A stretch of 64,000 nucleotides of DNA from the human T2T-CHM13v2.0 reference genome, Homo sapiens, in NCBI RefSeq assembly GCF_009914755.1, contig NC_060947.1. The stretch is one strand, 5' to 3'. This document shows, in pieces, positions 1 to 14,124 of the stretch (positions are counted from its first letter, which is position 1; each line of letters starts with the position of its first letter). The notes beneath the pieces are model-generated. The model saw only the letters and a program-made list of their open reading frames with translations. It did no database searches and had not been told where the DNA came from. Made by a program: the position numbers and the translations under genes.

Positions 1-1340
1 TTCAGAAAGCAAAAATAGTAAATAGATGAAATTTTTAAAACAATCAAAACATTAAAATCATAAAAGTATGATCTGAACAGAGTGGCATTAAGCTATAAAT
101 CAACAAAGAGCACTAAAAAAAGTCTCTATGTTTGGAAAGTAACTCACATATAAAAACAAAAATTAAGAATAGTAACTAAAATCTCTTGTAAATTAAATGA
201 AAATGTAGCAAAAGTAGGGGATGCAAATAAACCAATGTTGGAAATTAAGATAATTATCATAACAAATGCATATATTAGAAAAAAAGACTAAAAAGCAATG
301 AATTTTTATCCTATAACCTAAATAACAACAACAAAAAAACCCGCCATAATGACCCTGTGCTAGGAATTTTTTTTAATGAACACAAATTTTAGTAAAAAAG
401 TATAGTCAAGCGACATTAAAATTCAGCGTTTTACTTATTAAAATACATAAAAAGAGGGAAAACAAAAGCCCCAGGCTGGAAAAATATATTTGCCACACAT
501 ATAATTTACAAAGGGCTCATATGGAAAATATATAACAAACTTCTACAATTAATATGGAAAAAGCTGACAACCTGAGAGAAAAATACAAAGATGTTTTAAC
601 AGGCATTGGAAAGAAAAGAATCTCTAAAGGACTAAAATATACATTAAAAATGCCTATTCTCAGTAATAATTTGAAAATGAAAATTAAAACCATAAGAAGA
701 TTCAATACCTCACATATCAGAAATGCTAAAATAAAAATAAGATGGGGAATAACATTTTTTTGGCAGGAATGTGAAGATACTGAACTCTCATGTACTGCTG
801 ATGAAACTTGAATGAAACAAATAGTATCTACAAAAGCTGAATATGATCTAGCAAATTCACTTTCAGGTATATGCCTAACAGAAATGGGAGCAAATGTGTA
901 CCAAAGACATATACAATAATTTTCATCACAATATTGTTAGTTGAAAGTTGAAAATACAATTTCTATCAAAAGAATCAATATATAAATCATAGTACATTCA
1001 TAAAATATAATATGATAAAGAAAATGAAGCTTACGCACATATATACAGCATGAATGAAGCCCACAAACAAAATAATGAGGGAAAGTAACTGAGCTAAATG
1101 AACACCATGGTTATGAATCTGTTATTTACATTTAATTAACTGGAAAATTTTAACTATGAAATTAAAAGTTAGGATATTGGTTTATTTTAAACAAAAAGCA
1201 GTGAGGAGTGATTAGGAGGGAATCCAAATGATACTCTGAAGGGCTAGTGGACTTCATAGTGTTGTAACAGGTGGGTTTACTTTATAATAATTAATTGAGA
1301 TGTAAACTTATAATTTGTGCACTATTGTTGATATTATACT
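1..1340 (+). mobile_element. Highly degenerate old L1M fragments (ORF2 pieces and 3' region)
   Basis: A-rich strand with decayed L1 motifs, e.g. 'aaaatatatttgccacacatata', 'aatgaaaattaaaaccataaga', 'tgatctagcaaattcactttcaggtatatg'. Confidence 0.6.
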
Positions 1341-1507
1341 TTAGTACAATGTTTTTCAAGTTTAATGACAAAGCTAAAGTGATACTCAGAGAGAAATATG
1401 AAATGTTGGATAAACATGTAAAAATATGAATAGCTGAAAAATAAATGAGGTAAACATTCAAATCAGAAATAAAATTAACAGCACATTGAACTTAAAAAAT
1501 AAGAACA

Positions 1508-1863
<356 letters not shown>

Positions 1864-2010
1864 TTACTGAGTACCAACAAAGACAAAACTAAGCTATTGA
1901 AAGGTCTAATAAAATTGATAATATCTTGGTGAGCCTGATCAAGTACAAGAGCAAGAAGAAATTAAAAAAAAAAAACAGAACATCACTAAAAATTGTCAAA
2001 ACTTTAAAGA

Positions 2011-4829
2011 ACTCTGGAGTCTACTGAAGGTTTGCAAATTTCAGGAGAAGGCTTTGATGGTAAATTGTAATTAATTTTGGTCAATTTTAGTTCTTAGGAG
2101 AGTAGCAGCTACCCAATCTTCCATCCTTTAGCTCCATGACAGGCAGCTGTGCACATGTTTCTGAAGCAGTTTGCACACATCTTGAGGTAGATAGGGTGAT
2201 CAAAAAGACCCTGTTCTACAAATATGGGAAATCCCTGTTCTGATCTCTGATTACTGCTTCTGTATCAAAGAGGTGTAGACAGAGGCCTTGGCCATTGTTG
2301 TAACTATTACCCCCTTTGTTGCAAGCCACATCCCCTCTGGCTAAAGTGACTTCCAGGAAATTTAAAGGGCCAGTTATTTTATTTCTCACCTTCATTTTTC
2401 TCTTTTTCCCCTTTCAGGAGTAACACACTGAAGACCAGGATATTCAAAAGCAACCATATGTACAGGGGAAGTTAGAAAGTCACCTCGAATGCCCAGGGAA
2501 TAATGTAAGCTCTGAAAAACCTAAGACCTTAAGCTTACACCTCAGACTGATCTTTGGCAAAGAAACAGCCTACTGTAATAAAAAACATATCCCCCATAAC
2601 AAAAGGAAACCCTGGGGAAAGAGAATAAATTGACTTCCTGAGTTACCACATCATTAGATTAAAATGTCCAGTATTCAACAAAATCTCACAAGGCACACAA
2701 AGAAACAATACGGTATGACACATTCAAAGAATAAAAGAAGCCAATAAACCAATAGAAACATCCCCTAAAAAATGACTCAATGGCATATCTACTAAACTGA
2801 CACTTTAAAACAATTGTATTAAAGATATACAAATAAATAAAGGAAGATGTGATGAAAGTCAAGAAAATGATGCATAAACAAAATGGAAATAGCAATAGAG
2901 AGACAGAAAACCTTTAAAGAAACCAAAAAGAAATTCTGAAGCTGAAAAGTGCAATAACTGAAATGATAGATTCACTAGAGGGATTCGAAGGCAGATTTCA
3001 GCAGTTAAAAGAAAGAATCAGTGAACTTGAAGATCAGACAAAGGAAAGTATCTAGTCTGAGGAAAATGATGGAAGAAGATTGATGAAAAGTCAACAGAAC
3101 CTAACACACCTATGTATCTGTGAGACATCATCAAGCAAACCAATAATGCATTGTAGGAATTCAGAAAGAGAAAAGAGAAAGAAGAGAGAACATTTGACAA
3201 AATATGGCTAAAAACTTCCTTAATTTGTTAAAAAAAATATGAAGTGAATATAATCATCCAAGAAGCTCAAAAAATGCCAAGTAAGTTGAATTTGAAGAGA
3301 TCCACACTGAGACAGTGAGACACCTTATAATCAAACTATATTGAAACCCAAACATAAAGAATTTTGAAAGCAGCAAGAGAGAAGTAACTCATCTTACATA
3401 GGGGATCCTCAATAAGTTTATCAACAGATTTCACATAAGAAACTTTTGAGTCCAAAAGGCAGTGGGCTTATCTATTCAAAGTGCTAAATAAAAGCACTGT
3501 GAACGAGAGTCCTATTTTTGGCAAAGCTCTTCTTCAAAAGTGAGGGAGAAGTTAAGCCACTACCAGAAAAACAAAAGCTGAAGGAGTTTGTTCCCACTAG
3601 ACCTGCACTGCAAGAAATTCTTGAGGGAGTCTCCAGGTTGAATGAAAGATATTAGAGTGTAGCCTAAACCTGTATGAATAAATAAATATATTGATAAAGA
3701 TAAATACAAGGGCAATTATGAAAGCTAGTATTATTGTAACTATGATGTGTAACTTTACTTTTTGTTTTCTACAAGATTTAAGAAATAAATGAATTAAAAA
3801 TTATTCGTTTATATTTTGGGATACATGATATATAAAGATGTGATTTTGTGACAACGACAACTAAAAGGAGTGGAGACAGAACTGTAAAAGGAGCAGAGTT
3901 TATGTATGCTACTGAAATTAAGTTGGTATAAATTCAAATTGCAGTGTTATAACTTTAGGATAAAAACCCAATTCAAAAATAGGCAAAGGGCTTAAATAGA
4001 TATATCTCCACAGAATATATATATAGGGCCAATAACACCTGAAAAAATGCTCAACATCACTAATAATTAAGAAAATACAAATCAAAATTACAAAGGGATA
4101 GCAATTATCACCTATAAGGATGGCTACTATCAAAATAAATAAAACAAAAACAGAACATAAGAAGCATTGGTGAGATTGTGAAGAAATTAAAAACCTTGTG
4201 CATAGTGACAATGTAAAGTGGTATAATTGCTGTGTAAAACAGAATGGTCATTTCTCAAAAAAATTAAAAATACAATTACCATATGATCCAATAATTCTAC
4301 GTTTGGGTATATAATCAAAATAACTGAAAGCAGAGTCTTGAAGAGATTCTTGTACACCTGTGTTAATAGCAGCATTATTTACAATAGCTTAACTGTGGAT
4401 GCACATCATGTGTTCATTGAAAAATGAATAGATAAGAAAAACGTGGTGTATACATACAATGAAATATTATTCAGCCTTAGAAAAGAAGGAAATTCTGACA
4501 TTCGGCTACAACATGGATGAACCTTGGAGATATAATGCTAAGTGAACCAAGCCAGTCCTAAAAAAAAAAAAAGCCAAATGATGTATGCTTCCACTTACAT
4601 GAAATACTTAGAGTAGTAAAAATCATAGAGACAAAAAGTGGAATTGTGGTTGCCAGGGGCTTATGGCAAAGAGAAGGGAAGTTATTTTTTAATGGGTATA
4701 GAATTTTGGAAAACAAAAAAGCTCTGGAGATGCATGGTGGTGATGGTTACATAATGCACTGAACTGTACAGTTAAAATGTTTCAACTGGTAAATTTTATA
4801 TTATGCATATTTTAGCATACTTAAAAAAT
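2011..4829 (+). mobile_element. L1MB-like element: 5'UTR part, ORF1 remnant and 3' end; nearly all of ORF2 missing (junction ~3960)
   Basis: ORF1 motifs ~2700-3650 ('gaaagaatcagtgaacttgaaga'), ORF2 C-terminal/3'UTR motifs 3960-4820; candidate TSD AACTTTAAAGA at 2000-2010 and 4830-4840. Confidence 0.8.
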
Positions 4830-5039
4830 AACTTTAAAGATAAACAGGCACAACTAGAAATAAAAAGCTGAAAAATATTTGCAACTTATATTACAAACTA
4901 TTGGTTGCTGTGCCAAATATAGAGAAATTTCCTAAAATTTGAATTATCAAAAGACAACCAAGCCAACAGAAAAACTGGCAAACATATATGAATTAGTGGT
5001 TTGCAGATGAAGACATTAAAATATATTTTAAACTTACAG

Positions 5040-5180
5040 GATTAGGTTGATGGCTACACTACAAGCCCAGACTTCACAATTACACAATATATCCAGACAA
5101 CAAAACGCCGCTTATACCCCCTGAATATATACAAATAAAAAATTTAAAAAACAATAAAGAAAAATAAGTAAATAAATAAA
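5040..5180 (+). mobile_element. Short L1PB/old L1PA 3'-terminal fragment with A tail
   Basis: 'acaagcccagacttcacaattacacaatatatcc...cttataccccctgaatatatacaaataaaa' resembles an L1PB-type 3' end. Confidence 0.7.
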
Positions 5181-5629
5181 ACATAAACATACAAAAATAT
5201 ATTGAACTTAACTAATAATAAAATAAAAGCAAGTTAAAACTACAGTGAGGAGGATTCTGGAAACATGGTGCACATATAGCATAATTTTTTCATCTCTCTA
5301 AATAATAAATAAAGACAAAGCAAACTTCTGGCACTCACAGATACAACTGAATCCACTGAAACCAGAAACATCATTATAGATATAACTTAAGGTGTTTTAG
5401 GGTTTCGGTGTTTTGTTTACTATCAATACTTTACATATTTGTTAGAAATAGTTCACTGAAACTTTGCTTACAATTAGCAAGTCTTAAAAAGATAAAAATT
5501 CCCCTCCATTTTGATCTTTCTTGGCCGTAATTTCTCTTTATGCATATTACCACATAGGCAGTATTTTAAACTTCAAGCAATGTCTGTGCATATGTATTAT
5601 ATAAATACATACACATATACATACATATC

Positions 5630-7050
5630 CACTATGGCAAGATGTCAGCAGTAATTACATAAACGCCCAATCTTCCTGAAAACTCACATAAGAAGAGTCA
5701 GAACAACTGGGTAACAGAACCTCATGGACAATATGTAACATAAAATGAGGTTACATTTTATCTCCACAAACCCTAAAATATAAGCAGGTAAGAGTAAGCT
5801 AACATCTGCCAAAATACCTGCATGAACTTAACCAATGGGTGGGATAAAGCAGAGGAAATAAGTGGGAATCTAATGGACTTAGGTACTGAAACTTAAAAAT
5901 CCTAACAGAAGTGCTATAGAAATAATAGGGCTCCAATGGGAGAATAGCAGTTGAAAGTGACTGTTTTGTCCAATCTGATATCCAGAGAGTCCAAAGGCCT
6001 GTGGTAAGGTCCTCAAAGATTGTAGAAGTCTAGTTTCTATGAACTCTTTAAACTGAGAAAACAGATTATCCTTTATAGACAAGGCCCCACACTGAGGGAA
6101 AAGTCAATGGGAGTAAAATAAAAATTGAGTAGGCTACAGATAAAAAGATAAATTGAAGAGAGGGTCTAGATAAAAGAAGGGACATGGAATAAAATTGGGA
6201 AATGGCAGCATATTTAAATGCTATAAAAATACTGAAGAAAAGTATTTTTAAAAGCCTTTTTAACTTCTCTGAAGTTAAAAAGAAAAATCATCTGGAACTA
6301 TGTCTTTAAAATTTAAAGAAATTAAATTTTACAAATAAATGAACTACCAAACTATCAAGGTCAAGTTCCCAAAAGAGCTTGTTATCAGAAACAGAGAACA
6401 AGCAGCAGAATAAGATCCTTAGAAATAATGAAAAGCATATAATGAAAAGGCATGCCCACTGAATAGTTACTGTAAACATCAATTTAAACATTATCTAAAA
6501 AATCATTAAAGCGATAATACAAAATATGAAAAAAGCATAACTCAGGATTATAAAACCTGAATTATGAGGTGATAAAGATAGAAAACAATTATAAATAAAT
6601 ACAAAATCAATTTCATAAATGAAGTCTAAGCAAGAAGAATCCAAAGAATGAATATTTTCAACACTTTAAGGGAAAGTAAAGGCAAAAAGAGGAATATTTA
6701 CACTATTTAAAAGAAGAAATAAAAAAATTAAAATGATTCAAGGGAAAATGACAAATAGTGAAATTGGTATAGAATATCCAACATCTGTATAATAAGACCC
6801 CTGAAGAGGAAATCCAAAGTGAGATAGCAGAATAAATGCTAAAATTTTAATTTAAATTAAAGAAATTAGAGTCAAAATTACATATTGAAAGAGCACACCA
6901 AACACTTGAGAAAATACAAGTATGGAATTGCCAACACTATGTCATGTTCTACTCAAACTACCCTACACTAAGGAAAGGAAAAAAGTAATTATGCTCCTAG
7001 GTAAAAATCAAGTAACCTATAATGAAAGAAAATTAGATTATCATCAAAAA
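5630..7050 (+). mobile_element. Old L1M 5'UTR/ORF1 remnant
   Basis: Decayed ORF1 motifs ('catattgaaagagcacacca', 'aaaattagattatcatca'). Confidence 0.55.
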
Positions 7051-7054
7051 AGTA

Positions 7055-8380
<1,326 letters not shown>

Positions 8381-8384
8381 GTTC

Positions 8385-8855
8385 TTTGCCTTTAATGCAC
8401 AAATTCTATGCTCTTCTTCCATGAGCTCAAATTATTTTTTAGCTCTCACATATGAATGAGAATTTGAGGTATTTGTCTTTCTGTACCCAACTTATTTTGC
8501 TTAGCATAGTGCCCTCTAAGCTTATCCATATTGCCATGAATGACAGGATATTATTCCTTTTTATAACTGAATAGTATTTCGTTGTATATATATACTGTTT
8601 TTTCTTTATCCATTCATCGATGAACATTTGGGCTGATTCCATATGATAGCTATCATGGACAGTGCTTAAATAAACATGGAAGTGCAGGTATTCCTTTGAT
8701 ATACTGATTGTCTTACCTTTGGATAAACGTCCAGTATTGTGAGTGCTGAATAGTATAGTAGTTCTATTTTTAGTTTTTTGAGACATTCCCATAATACATT
8801 CCATTAGCCTGTACTAATTTACATTCACACCAACAGTGTATAGGAATTTCCCTTT
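8385..8855 (-). mobile_element. L1MA fragment (end of ORF2 and first part of 3'UTR)
   Basis: ORF 8439..8804(-) resembles the L1 ORF2 C-terminus/3'UTR; reverse complement contains 'ttctcattcatatgtgagagctaaaaaa'. Confidence 0.9.
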
Positions 8856-9193
8856 CCAGACAAAAGAAACTATATTAAACTGAAAATTTTCTGCACAGCA
8901 AAGTAAAGAGAAAATTTGTAGAATGGGAGAAAATATTTGCAAGCCATTCAACTGACAAAAGACTAATACCCAAAATGTGCAAAGAATGCTAATAACTCAA
9001 CAGTAAAAAAAAAAAAACAAACAAATAATATGATTAAAAAGGGGGCAAAAGATTTAAATAGACATATCTCAGTAGAAGACATATAAATGGCCAACAAATA
9101 TATATGAAAAGATGCTCAACATCAAGGAAATGCAAATCAAAACCACAACAAGCTATCATCTCACCTCAGTTAGAATGGCTATTATCAAAAAAA
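8856..9193 (+). mobile_element. L1MA ORF2 fragment, inverted relative to 8385-8855 (twin-priming arrangement)
   Basis: 'ttctgcacagcaaag...ctcacctcagttagaatggctattatcaaaaa' ends just upstream, in L1 coordinates, of where the minus piece begins. Confidence 0.85.
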
Positions 9194-11765
9194 TTATAGC
9201 TATTGAGCTTTACTAATATTGTTAGAAATATGGTTGCAATTGTAGACTTATAGTATTATGGCTAAGACTGCTATAGTTACAGTGTTAGAGTAATAATTAT
9301 ACTGTTATATTTTTGTAGTCATGTTATACTTTAATTATAGTATTTCAGTATATAGTTTTAGTGTTATAACTGTAGAGTTATTTTACTTTTATATTTGCCA
9401 TTACACCCTTTTAAGTATTTTGATAATTACAATTTTATTTGTATAGATATAGTAATAATTTTGGCACTATTATAGTGCTAAAGTTATAGTATAGTGCTAT
9501 AGTTATAGTTACAGTGTTAGTTTTATAGTTACAGTGTTACTATTATAGTTTCAATAGAGTGCTATAGTTACGATAGTGTTATACTTACAGTGATAATTGT
9601 AGTTAAGATGGTAGTGTTATAATTATTGCATCAAGGTTACAGGTACAGTGTTAGCATTATAACATTAGCATCGAAGTTATGATGGGCCTGTTACAGAAGT
9701 AGTATTACAGTTACAGTTTTAGTATATTTATACTGCAATATTTAGAGTTAAATTGTTATAGTGTTACAACGTTTGTGATATAGCTATGGAATTTTCTTTA
9801 CAGTCATAAAGTAAATATGGGGCCATGGTTATTGTTAAAAGTTTATAGATTTAGTTTCAGAATAGTAGTTATTGTTAGAGGTTTACAGTTATAGTTACAG
9901 TGTTATAGTTAGAGGTCTATGTTATAGTTATCACAGTTATCATCCTATGGCTAAGGGCATAGTGCTAGTACTATAGCTATAACGCTATAGATAAAGCAAT
10001 GATGTTATTAATATAATGGTGATGTTGTTATGTTAAAATTATCATTATAATGGTATAGTTGTGCAGTTATAATAATAATTACAGTCTTATGGTTATGATG
10101 ATAGTCTGATGAAAGTTGTAATGATAGTGGTTTGATTTTAGTTACAGTGTTGTAGTTATAGTTATATTGTGATAGTTATACTGTTAGTATTAGTTTAATA
10201 TTGTAGTTATAGGGTTATGCTTTTATTCTTTCTTTTGAATATAAAGTTTAATTATGTTTATAGAGTTGTTTTATTTACATTGTTTTAGTTATAAGTATAA
10301 TTATAATGGTATACTGATACTGCAATAGATATAATTATTGCTATATAGTTAAAGCAATTGTGGATAGTAGATAGGTTGTAGTGATTGTGGTTTTGTTATA
10401 GTTAAAATATTATAATATTATTATAGTTACATAGCTATAATTATACTATTAGTGTTACGCTTTAATATTGTAGTACAGGGTTATAGTTACAATGTTATAA
10501 AACTTTAGATATAGTTATAAAATGATGTCATTATAATGTTATAGTTAAAGAGTTACAGGTATAGTGCCATAGTTATATTTAGGGTAGTAAACTGTAGTTG
10601 TGCTATCTTTATAGGTATAGCACTATCATTATAGTTTTCATGTTATAGTTATAAAGTGCTATTATTATGGTTATAATGCTATATTTATTATGGTGACACT
10701 GTTACAATTTCAGTTCTATAGTTAGTTTTACAGTGTTAGAAGTATAGTTATAATGTTAGTGTTACGGTTACAGGGTTATTTCTGTAGTTATAGGTATGGT
10801 GCTATTTTTATAGTAATCACGTTGTAGTTATAGTGATAGTTATGGTGCTAACTTTAACTATAGCACTATACTGTAACTTTAGCACTACAAGTATAAGACT
10901 ATAAGTCTCTAATCATAACATTAAAACTGTTTTAGTGTTCAAGTTATACATCATTTTGAAAATAATAATAATAATAGTGTTATACTGATAATGTTATAGT
11001 CAGAGTTATATTTATGGAGATTTAGGTATATTTTATAGCAGCAGTGATAATTCTATAATAAAAGTTATAGTGAAATGATTATAGTTATACCAGTGTGGCT
11101 ATGATACTAGTGATACAGTGTTACTGTTACAGTTAAAATTATGTAGTGTTATAGTTATAATTATGGTGTTACATTAATAGTCATACATATTGTATTATAG
11201 TGTTATAGTGGAGGAATCATAGTCATAATGTTATATTTTTATGATTATTATAATTATAAAGTTTATTTGTATTTGTAGTGTTATACTTTTGGAGTCAAAA
11301 TTTGTAAAAAATAAAAATTAAAAATATATAGTAATAGTGATAGTATATTAGTGATAGTGTTATGCTATAGTGATAGAGGTATTGGTATAGTTATAGTGCA
11401 TTCATTATAGTATTATAATAGCAGTATCACTATAGTTACAGAGCTGTAGTTATAGAATCAAAGTGATAGTTATAATGTTATCGTTCCAGTTATAAGTCAT
11501 AGTTCTAGTGATATTCTTAGTTATAGTTATTCTTATCAAGTTATTATGGAGCTAGTGTTATTTTATTCATATAGTACTATAGCTATAGTATGGTGATAGA
11601 GTTATAGTGAAATAGTTATGTTTATAGTACATTAGTTATATGTGTAGTGCCAAGGTCATAATTGTGGTGATACATTTATTATTAGCCTTATACTGATAGT
11701 AATATAGAGTTAGTGTTATACCTATAGTTATAGTGTTATACAGTGTGATTTATATGTTATTTAAC
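9194..11765 (-). repeat. Same degenerate array in reverse orientation, (TATAGT)n, segment 2
   Basis: Recurrent 'gttata', 'tatagt' and 'agtgttata' units; C-poor + strand. Confidence 0.9.
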
Positions 11766-11769
11766 CTAT

Positions 11770-12065
11770 GGAAAATAGGAAAAGATTGGTCAACAGATAT
11801 AAAATTAAAGCTAGGTAGGAGGAATAAGTTCTAGTGTTATTTAGCACTGTAGGCTAAATATGGTTAAAAATAATTTATTTTATATATTATAAAAGTGAGA
11901 AGACAGAATTTCAACATCCGTAATGCAAAGAAAAGATAAATGTTTGAGGTGACGTACATGCAATTGCCCTGATTTAATTACCATATATTATATGTATTGA
12001 AATAACACTCTGTATGCTATAAATATGTACAGTTATCAAATGTCAAGTAAATATAAAAGTAAATA
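11770..12065 (+). mobile_element. L1MA (L1MA4/5-like) distal 3'UTR
   Basis: 'aggaggaataagttctagtgtt...ataaatgtttgaggtga...aaatatgtacagttat' matches an L1MA 3' terminus. Confidence 0.85.
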
Positions 12066-12098
12066 TAGGAAACATGTGTTGTCTGTACTAATCACAAA

Positions 12099-12425
12099 AA
12101 TAGCTGTAACTATATAACACTATAGCTCCATATTTATTCATAATGTCAGCTATAACTATTACTCAATTACTATAACACTATATAACATTTCTACAACATA
12201 AAAATATAACTCTATAACTTTAATCATTACTCTATTATTTTAACTATAAATTTAAATCTGTAACTCTAACCCCACTCTAACTATATAACTCTTAACACTG
12301 TAACTGCTACTTGGACTCTCTAACTCAAACATGCCAAGTGTTACTCTGTATAACTAGATATATATATCTTACTTGATAACTCTATTTTTAATTTTCAACT
12401 TTAAATCTATATAACTATAATATTA
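12099..12425 (+). repeat. (ACTATA)n degenerate array, segment 3 (same orientation as segment 1)
   Basis: 'aactatataacactata', 'aactctaac' units. Confidence 0.85.
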
Positions 12426-12499
12426 CACACAATAAATATATTTGTATATACATATATGTATACATACATAGACAGACATATAATCATAATGTTAAAATA

Positions 12500-13060
12500 T
12501 ATTTTCTCATTGAAAGATACAAGAATTAGGGGTCCTTAGAAAAATGACTTATTCCAGTTTGGAACAAGTAATATTCAATATGAACCTGGAAGATGTTGTC
12601 ATACCAAATAAGATAATGTCAAACACTACCTGAATCTAATGAAGCTTTAGCACTTACATATAATTTATAGAAAACATAGATAGAGATACAAGTCAAACAC
12701 CATATTAAAGAAGTAAACAGACTTACTCAAAAGGTTGGACATTCTACAGAATGACTAATGTTCCTTCCACTAGCTAATTGCATAAAAACAAAATTAAGTG
12801 GATGCTGCTCTAGACTGACCAAGAGATAAAAGACACAATTATGTATGCTGTATAAAGCTAATTTGAATTTTGATCCAAATAAATAAAATGCAAAAATACT
12901 ACTTCAAGAATATTTTGGAAATTTGAATACGGTCTGGGCATCAGATAAAACAAGAAATAATTGTCAAATTGTTAGGCATTACAATGGACATAAAGGTTAT
13001 GTAAATACGATTTTACATTTCTAGAAACATTTAGCAAAATATGTAGGATTGAAATTGTAT
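12500..13060 (+). mobile_element. Old L1MC-type 3'UTR remnant
   Basis: 'ggtccttagaaaaatgacttattccagtttggaacaag...gaacctggaa' motif, also seen in decayed form at ~41110-41180. Confidence 0.55.
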
Positions 13061-13064
13061 CAGG

Positions 13065-13380
13065 AATGGGGGGGAGTGAAGATTGTTAATGGGTACAAAA
13101 GGTAGTTTGAAAAAAATGAATAATACCTAGTATTTGATAGCACAACAGGGTGACTATAGTCAAAATAATTTAATTGTACCTTTTAAGGTAATTAAAGTAG
13201 AATAATTGGATGGCTTGTAACACAAAGGATAAATGCTTGAGGGGATGGATACCCTATTCTCCGTGATGTGCTTATTACACATTGCATGCCTGTATCACAA
13301 CATCTCATTTACCCCCTAACTGTATATACCTACTACATAGTCACAAAAATTAAATATTTTAAATTAAAAAAAAGAAAAAA
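13065..13380 (+). mobile_element. L1MA (L1MA1-3-like) 3' end with A tail
   Basis: 'gatagcacaacagggtgactatagtc', 'ggataaatgcttgaggggatggataccc'. Confidence 0.88.
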
Positions 13381-13641
13381 ATGTCTTCAAGAAAGAAGAG
13401 CAAAATAATAATAATAATAATTAGTTAATGACTTGGCAAAATCTTAATAATCTGACAATGTGGTTGATAGCACTATGGGATTCATCATACTGTTCTACAA
13501 GATTGTGTAGGTTTGAAATGATTTATAATTAAAAATGTTTGAAAACATAATATGAGGGTATTATGAACAACTTAATAAGTATATATTTGAATTTTTATCG
13601 TGAGGGTAATGTCTAAATATAATAAATAATCACAACAGACT

Positions 13642-14124
13642 TCCTCAGAGTGTACTTCTCCTGTTTGATCCAATTTGTATCGAAGATGAGTCTCAGACAT
13701 CATCTGATGCTCAAGGAGTTTATTCTGGCAATGCTCTTATAAGATGGATGGTGGAGATGGGCTGTTGTCACAGGCCAGGTGCAATCAGAGGGCCAAATGA
13801 CAGACTGACTGGAGGGTCACTGTTTGGAGATCATCCTCAGAATTGGGGGAATTCTTTCCTTTTTCTTCTACCTATTATTTAGTCCAGGTCAGTTACCAGG
13901 AGTTTCTTTCATAAAAGGAATTAAGCTATTCTTGTAAGGGTAAGCTTTGTTTTAAGGTTTAGGAAAGTTGTATTTGTGCTGAGGTGGTCTTATCTCCTGA
14001 AGTCTCTGGACTAGGTTGCATTACATTGCTAAGTTGCACACAGTGTCAGTCTTGTGAGACACTTGTGTCGGCTTTTTGGCTATCATTAATTTTATAGCTA
14101 CAATATGTCTTATAGTGTATTACA
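13642..14124. mobile_element. ~480 bp LTR-like insertion in an old L1 ORF2; family not recognised
   Basis: GC-richer block ending in ...CA, flanked by CAGACT at 13636-13641 and 14125-14130; L1 ORF2 reads through once it is removed. Confidence 0.5.
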
